NCBI RefSeq assembly: GCF_004765795.1
Contig: NZ_SBIV01000004.1
Span: 310,001 to 365,638 of the forward strand
Length of the DNA stretch: 55,638 nt
Source of the DNA: Halorussus marinus
GTDB lineage: Archaea > Halobacteriota > Halobacteria > Halobacteriales > Haladaptataceae
Direction: 5' to 3'
In this document: piece by piece, positions 50,961-55,638 of the stretch
How positions within the stretch are numbered: the first letter of the stretch is position 1
How the letters are laid out: each line of letters begins with the position of its first letter
Notes under the pieces: generated by a model
What the model saw: the letters and a program-made list of their open reading frames with translations, nothing else
Database searches by the model: none
What the model was told of the DNA's origin: nothing
Position numbers and translations under genes: made by a program

Positions 50961-52798
50961 GCGCTGACACCCCCATACAGACGGCGACTGTCTCGCTCGA
51001 CGACCAGGATCCCCAGCAGACGGCCAGGGCGCATGATTATGCCTCGACTGGTCGCCTCGCGCCCGTTCCCAACGAAGATGGCGACCATGAGGTACTGCTC
51101 TGCGAGTACGACGAACTCGACTACCCCGACCCAATCGAGCACGGCCACGGCATCGAGGCCGTTCTCACGGACCTCGCCGACGAGGACCACGGCAGCGAGA
51201 GCTTCTACTCCCGACTGTGGAGCGGCTGGCAGAACCTCGACATCGAGCCTGAGGACGAGCCGGTTGTCCTCGCGGAAGACGTCCACCAGCGATTCGACTG
51301 GCTTCACGACGACTTCCCGGCCCACCTCGTCATCTCCAGTAAGGGCTGGAAAGTCGGTCGCGACGTCGACGACGAGCTCGCCGGCCCGAACGCTGGCGCC
51401 GAAGCACTCGTTTCTCAGTATTACGAATACAACCTCTCAGTCATGCGGTATGACGAGGATTCGGGCGAGCTCGCGGCCGACCTCGACAGTAACCTCCGTG
51501 CCCCAGTCTCGTACCAGTGCTGGGTTCAGCCACAGGATGAGAGCCTACTGCAACCATCCGGTGACCCGATGATCGCCCAGCACGGCGAAGGGACGAAGTT
51601 CCGAACCCAGACGACCTACGCCGGCTCGAAGGAATCGCTCGTCCGGACCGTCCAGATCGCGAACCTCGCCGCAACTGCGCTCACCGTCGAGCGTCCGGAC
51701 TGGTCGACGCTCAACCGCGACTCCTGGAAGGTCTGGAAGGGCGAGGTCCACCATCGCTTCGACAGTAAGATGATGGATGCGGTCGTCCAGCGCCTCCGCG
51801 AAGCGAAGTCGATGCTGGAGTACGGCGGCTCGGGCGATGTCGACGGCGCCGGCACGATGCGTGAAGGCCAGTTCGTCAAAGAAATGGTCCGCTCGGACCG
51901 CTGGGACGTTCTCGGGTTCAATGCGTTCGCGCATCGCGATGGGATCGAACTCGGCGCGAAAGTCTACCGCATCAACGGCTCGCCGAAGGACGAGCGGCTC
52001 GCAGAGCCGAAACTTGAGGCGTTCTTCGCCGGCACCGACCATGACACCGAACTCCCTCACGCCGACGAGTGGGCCGCGCTCCGTGCGACGCTCCGACAGC
52101 TCGCCTCGACGATCGCCGTCCGTGCGGGACTGAACCTCGGGTTGCTCCGCGAGGACGACTACTACAAGCCACGAGATCGCGAGCGCATCGACACGCTTGT
52201 TCCGACCGGCTGGCGGGCCGCCGTCCAGGAGGCGAACGAGACGCGACTCCGCCGCATCCTCAACACGGTCTACGGTCAGTCCGGTACACAGAGCAAGTGG
52301 GACCTCCTGTACGCCATTGCGACGATGAACGGCGCGTCCTACGAGGAACTCGCCGAGATCACCGGATTCACCGAGGATTACGTCCAGGAGATGGTCGCCG
52401 ACTTCGTCGAGGACGACGTGCTGCTCCGGATCAGCATGCCACGACTCATCGTGTTCAACAACGAGGAGCTGCGGCTGAACGCGCTCGACGAGCTCGAAGC
52501 CATCCACCCCGAAGAGGATCTCAAGGACATCCGCGAGCGCGCCGAGCAGCGCCGCGAGGACCGCCAGCAGAACCGAGAGGAGCGCGAGGCCGACCCCGAG
52601 GACGATGGTGGTTCCGAGGATGATAGCAGCGACGAGGGCGATAGCGACGATCACGACGGGTCAGCGAACTGGGAGACATTCGACGACATCCATCTGACTG
52701 GCGAGCAGCTTGGCGCTGCGCTCGATCGCGCGCACATCGACGGCGAGCACGTCGAGATCCGAACCGATCCGTACCCGGCGCTGTTTGCGAGAGGATAG
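50957..52798 (+). CDS. putative replication initiator with C-terminal winged HTH (betapleolipovirus/haloarchaeal plasmid Rep-like)
   Basis: 613 aa. Motif order YEY, EG, E..HR, KVY, L.EPKL, then HTH ASYEELAEITGFTEDYVQEMV and an acidic tail. The resemblance is from recall and has not been searched. Confidence 0.55.
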   Translation: MSADTPIQTATVSLDDQDPQQTARAHDYASTGRLAPVPNEDGDHEVLLCEYDELDYPDPIEHGHGIEAVLTDLADEDHGSESFYSRLWSGWQNLDIEPEDEPVVLAEDVHQRFDWLHDDFPAHLVISSKGWKVGRDVDDELAGPNAGAEALVSQYYEYNLSVMRYDEDSGELAADLDSNLRAPVSYQCWVQPQDESLLQPSGDPMIAQHGEGTKFRTQTTYAGSKESLVRTVQIANLAATALTVERPDWSTLNRDSWKVWKGEVHHRFDSKMMDAVVQRLREAKSMLEYGGSGDVDGAGTMREGQFVKEMVRSDRWDVLGFNAFAHRDGIELGAKVYRINGSPKDERLAEPKLEAFFAGTDHDTELPHADEWAALRATLRQLASTIAVRAGLNLGLLREDDYYKPRDRERIDTLVPTGWRAAVQEANETRLRRILNTVYGQSGTQSKWDLLYAIATMNGASYEELAEITGFTEDYVQEMVADFVEDDVLLRISMPRLIVFNNEELRLNALDELEAIHPEEDLKDIRERAEQRREDRQQNREEREADPEDDGGSEDDSSDEGDSDDHDGSANWETFDDIHLTGEQLGAALDRAHIDGEHVEIRTDPYPALFARG

Positions 52799-53050
52799 CG
52801 GTCTCTCGCTCCGGGTTCGCATCGGCATTCAGTGGCGACACTTACCTTCCCGACTTAATTTCATCTACTATTAGTCCAATTCCGTCTGCACTGCTCTAAC
52901 CTCCTATTTTTCATAAGAATTTGGTTAGATTTCATCAGCGCCTCGACGGGGCGGTCGCCAGTTCGGCCAGTTTCCGACCTCAGCGTTTCCGCTTATTCTC
53001 CATTAAATCGGTATTTCAGGGCTTCTATCCTTCTTGAAGGGTTTCGGTCT

Positions 53051-53293
53051 GGGGTGCCGGGGTCCCCTAACACCCCTACGGTAGTTGCCCCTAAGGGGCA
53101 AGAACAATGCGGGCCGGGCCAGAACGGCCCGGCCCTCACCGCATATGTCCAATCGGCCGATACCACACGGTAGGACAAGTGAAACGGCGGTGTCCACGGT
53201 TAGGGTGCCTCGGAAAGAACCACCCCTATCTCCTCTACGGTAGTGCGCGCCTATACCAGGTTGCTTTCCTGTCTGGGTTCAGTCTATGGTAGG
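53051..53293. repeat. hairpin and short direct-repeat cluster (origin candidate)
   Basis: TTGCCCC-TAA-GGGGCAA (53085-53101), GGGCCGGGCC-AGAAC-GGCCCGGCCC (53111-53135), five ACGGTAG-like copies and four CCCCTA copies. Confidence 0.7.
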
Positions 53294-53296
53294 TCG

Positions 53297-53563
53297 CTAT
53301 TCGACACTCGAGACAACTTCGATGGTAATTTGTCCATCATTTGACTTCTTGAGAATCACCTGAACATCTTCTAACTTAATCTTGGTAGTTAGGGGTCCAG
53401 CTGTGTTTTCATAGAGGAGCTCAAGAGCCTCGGGATCCGTCTCGTCATAGAGACAGAAGTCAGGAGAGCTTGGGTCTTGGCCGTCATGTTCACTGATTCG
53501 TTCAACAAGAGCAGCAATGAGATCCTGATTTGGGTCTGTTTGACTGATCGCGCTCATGCTCAC
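53297..53563 (-). CDS. HalOD1 (halobacterial output domain 1) protein
   Basis: ALVERISEHDGQDP, LYDETDPEALELLY and a terminal beta hairpin DGQITI. Low GC. Confidence 0.75.
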   Translation of the reverse strand: MSMSAISQTDPNQDLIAALVERISEHDGQDPSSPDFCLYDETDPEALELLYENTAGPLTTKIKLEDVQVILKKSNDGQITIEVVSSVE

Positions 53564-53764
53564 TGATCTGTTGAGGCCTACACAGAGTGGTGTATAATAA
53601 ATGACGGCGAATATAGTCTAAATAGCATATAAATGAAGATTTCTATTTTTCTGTATCTATTCTCACACTCATTTAATATACATGAATGATCCTGCATTTT
53701 ACCGTCGGTTTTAGGTCGCGAGGATTGTTATCTATTGTCAATACTCCTAGTGGTGGATTCAAAA

Positions 53765-54124
53765 ATGAGTGAGAACAATAAGATATCGGACGAAAATAGG
53801 CTTTCGCAGCTAGACCGCTATCTTCGCGCCCTCTCCGATCCGGAACGGCGCCAAGCACTCTACTATCTGGATAAAAAAGAAACTGCAAGCTCCGAGGAAC
53901 TCGCACGACAGATAGCGGCACAGGATTCGGAAGATCCGTCATCACCAACTCCCGAAGACGAATGGAAATCGATACAGAGGAAACTTCATCACCAGCACCT
54001 TCCCCAATTGCGGGACTATGCTATAGTCGATTTTGATGAACGAAACAAGGATATCTGTCTTTCCGATTTACCCCCACTGTTTACAATACTGCTTCAATTC
54101 TGTCGACTGGTAGAGAGTGAGTAA
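53765..54124 (+). CDS. ArsR-like winged-HTH protein (haloarchaeal LxHxHLPxL type)
   Basis: ALSDPERRQALYYL, EELARQIA and LHHQHLPQLRDYAIVDFD motifs. Low GC. Confidence 0.8.
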   Translation: MSENNKISDENRLSQLDRYLRALSDPERRQALYYLDKKETASSEELARQIAAQDSEDPSSPTPEDEWKSIQRKLHHQHLPQLRDYAIVDFDERNKDICLSDLPPLFTILLQFCRLVESE

Positions 54125-54193
54125 CCGGAGGCGGGAACGTTGAGGAAGACCACCCTATCTTATTTCCATCGTCTAAGGATGTAACAGAGTCAC

Positions 54194-55638
54194 TCATACC
54201 GTAATCAATCGACCTTCAGCTACTTCCTCCATAGTCTCCGCCGCCAGCATTTCCTCGATCAAATCGCTCACAGAATCCCCATCGAGATTGTCTTCCACCT
54301 CGACTGTCCGTGCGATGACCTCCTCACGCGGCGCGCCGTAGTCCGCACCTTGGAGTGTGAGGTCGTCGACGATCTCCGAGATCGTCGCGGTCGGCGTCGA
54401 CCCCGCGAAGTCAAGCCCGCCCTCGTCACCGTCTCCATCCTCGGCGACCACCTCGACGCCCGGATCAAGCCCAAACTCTGCGAACGACCGACCCTTCAAC
54501 CGCGTCGCCCGCTCGACATCCACCATCTCTATCTCGTCTGAGAGCCGCGCCTTCGCCGACGCCTCGGCCAGCCGCGCGATGTCCCCAACCGCGCGCGGGG
54601 TCACCGGATACTCCCGACCGTCCTCGTCCTCCTGGCGGACGATCCGCGTTTTCACCTCAACGTACCAGTCCCGGAGCGTCTGGCGTACCTCGTCGCTCCC
54701 GAACACCGGCCGTTTCTCCCGCGCCGCCGCCAAGTACGCCCGGAGTTCCTCGGTCGACAGCTCCGGCTCAACCGCGTCCGCCGACTCGGGGACGTTCTTG
54801 TCGATCTCCCGGCGTTGCGCAGCGTCACGTCCAGCGGTGATGTGGTCCGCGATCGCCTCGACCGCGTCCGGATCGGTCTTCTCCTCGGGACAGAAGATCA
54901 GGTCGAACCGGTCGAGCAGCGGTGACAGCACGTTCGTCTGCTCCGCGGGCGACCGCTCCGGATCGAAGTGACCATTCTCGGGGTTCCCCGCCGCGAGGAT
55001 CGCCGTCTCGGCCTCCAGCGTCGCCTTCTGCCCGGCCTTCTCGATGTTGATTACGCCCGACTCCATCGCCTCCAGCAGCGCGTTCTGCTCCTGATCGCCA
55101 GCGCTGTCGAGCTCGTCCAGGAACAGCGCCCCGCCCGAACATTTTGGGATCGCGCCGGCCGTCACCGTGAACTCCGCGTTCGAGAAATCGTCGCGAGTGA
55201 TCGCCGCCGTCAATCCGGCCGCCGACGTCCCCTCGTTCCCGCTCGACTTCTGCGAACGCGGCGCGAGCCGCACCAGCGCCTCCCCGAAGTCGGTCTTGCC
55301 CGCGCCCGGGTCACCCAGCAGGAACATGTGAATCTGCCCACGGTAGTCCTTCCCGTCGGCGCCCGTCGGGGCATTCGCCCTAACCAGCTGGCAGATCAGC
55401 GCCTCCTTGATGTGACGATCGCCGAGATGGCTCGGTGCGACCGACTCAACCAGCACGTCCACCGGGTCGTCGCGGCTCGCGACCGCGTCGATGACCTCCC
55501 GGTACGGCTCGACGTCGAACTCCCCCGGATCGGTGTCCTCGACGAGGACATCCTCGGCGTCGAACGCCTTGTCGAACACCGTCGACCCGCCATCCTGGAG
55601 CGGGAGGTACTCCGCGATCAGCGAGACGCACCGCCCGC
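54194..55638 (-). CDS. mcm: MCM-family replicative helicase (N-terminus outside window)
   Basis: Frame is open to the window edge. Walker A GDPGAGKT, SAAGLTAA, Walker B FLDELD, EAMES, KAG, AAGNP, Arg finger DRFD, VTPR and EASAKARLS. Confidence 0.9.
   Translation of the reverse strand, partial: GRCVSLIAEYLPLQDGGSTVFDKAFDAEDVLVEDTDPGEFDVEPYREVIDAVASRDDPVDVLVESVAPSHLGDRHIKEALICQLVRANAPTGADGKDYRGQIHMFLLGDPGAGKTDFGEALVRLAPRSQKSSGNEGTSAAGLTAAITRDDFSNAEFTVTAGAIPKCSGGALFLDELDSAGDQEQNALLEAMESGVINIEKAGQKATLEAETAILAAGNPENGHFDPERSPAEQTNVLSPLLDRFDLIFCPEEKTDPDAVEAIADHITAGRDAAQRREIDKNVPESADAVEPELSTEELRAYLAAAREKRPVFGSDEVRQTLRDWYVEVKTRIVRQEDEDGREYPVTPRAVGDIARLAEASAKARLSDEIEMVDVERATRLKGRSFAEFGLDPGVEVVAEDGDGDEGGLDFAGSTPTATISEIVDDLTLQGADYGAPREEVIARTVEVEDNLDGDSVSDLIEEMLAAETMEEVAEGRLITV

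Larger units (their letters stand above)
48859..55638. mobile_element. putative tRNA-Pro-integrated plasmid/provirus-like element (continues past window end)
   Basis: Starts immediately after the tRNA 3' end with an AT-rich spacer and a drop in third-position GC. Contains a chain of overlapping hypothetical genes, a Rep-like gene and an MCM. No integrase or attR is seen in the window. Confidence 0.78.

Noticed and set aside
52969..52993. AGTTTCCGACCTCAGCGTTTCCGCT resembles the tRNA-Pro 3' end (AGTTCGAATCTCAGCGGTCCCACT), a possible attR
   Set aside because: The longest exact match is only 7 nt (CTCAGCG), with several mismatches and indels, which is too weak to call. A decayed att cannot be fully excluded without comparative data.
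52993..53292. Short ORFs across the origin-like tract (52993..53178 -, 53003..53197 -, 53107..53292 +)
   Set aside because: They have no RBS, non-acidic composition and mutual overlaps, and are better explained as non-coding structured DNA.
53051..53293. CRISPR array or mini-array
   Set aside because: The repeats are only 6-9 nt and irregularly spaced, and there are no cas genes. No 24-40-nt regularly spaced repeats were seen anywhere in the window.
48859..55638. Complete pleolipovirus provirus or IS element
   Set aside because: No membrane/spike proteins, NTPase, integrase, transposase or terminal inverted repeats are visible within the window.

Overview
High-GC DNA encoding acidic proteins, with a TFB, Cbf5, an archaeal-type cytidylate kinase, a Tat-type binding protein, HalOD1 and an archaeal tRNA-Pro, so this is a haloarchaeal (Halobacteria) chromosome. 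There are three zones. (1) ~1-37.2 kb is a catabolic region for peptides, amides and amines: a DUF3100 transporter pair, DUF1611 plus an enolase-superfamily epimerase (DgcN/DgcA-like D-glutamate pair), a YkvI-like permease, a dpp ABC operon with an M19 dipeptidase, a class-III aminotransferase with MmsA, two M20 deacylases, an SSS permease with amidohydrolase and CocE/NonD, a ureohydrolase, and an LhgO/SDR/cupin/FAH/CoA-transferase cluster. (2) ~37.2-48.9 kb is housekeeping: tfb, MFS, HIT, CDF, tRNA methylthiotransferase, Na/Ca antiporter, deoC, adk-DUF106-cmk-cbf5, an M14 deacylase and tRNA-Pro(GGG). (3) From 48.86 kb to the end is a putative integrated mobile element starting at the tRNA 3' end. 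It carries a translationally coupled operon (Zn-finger proteins, a PD-(D/E)XK-like nuclease, DUF488, and a 613-aa Rep-like protein with a C-terminal HTH), a hairpin- and repeat-rich origin candidate, a low-GC HalOD1/wHTH cassette, and a convergent MCM helicase cut by the window edge. No integrase, attR or CRISPR array is visible. All family calls come from motif recognition by eye, not from database searches.
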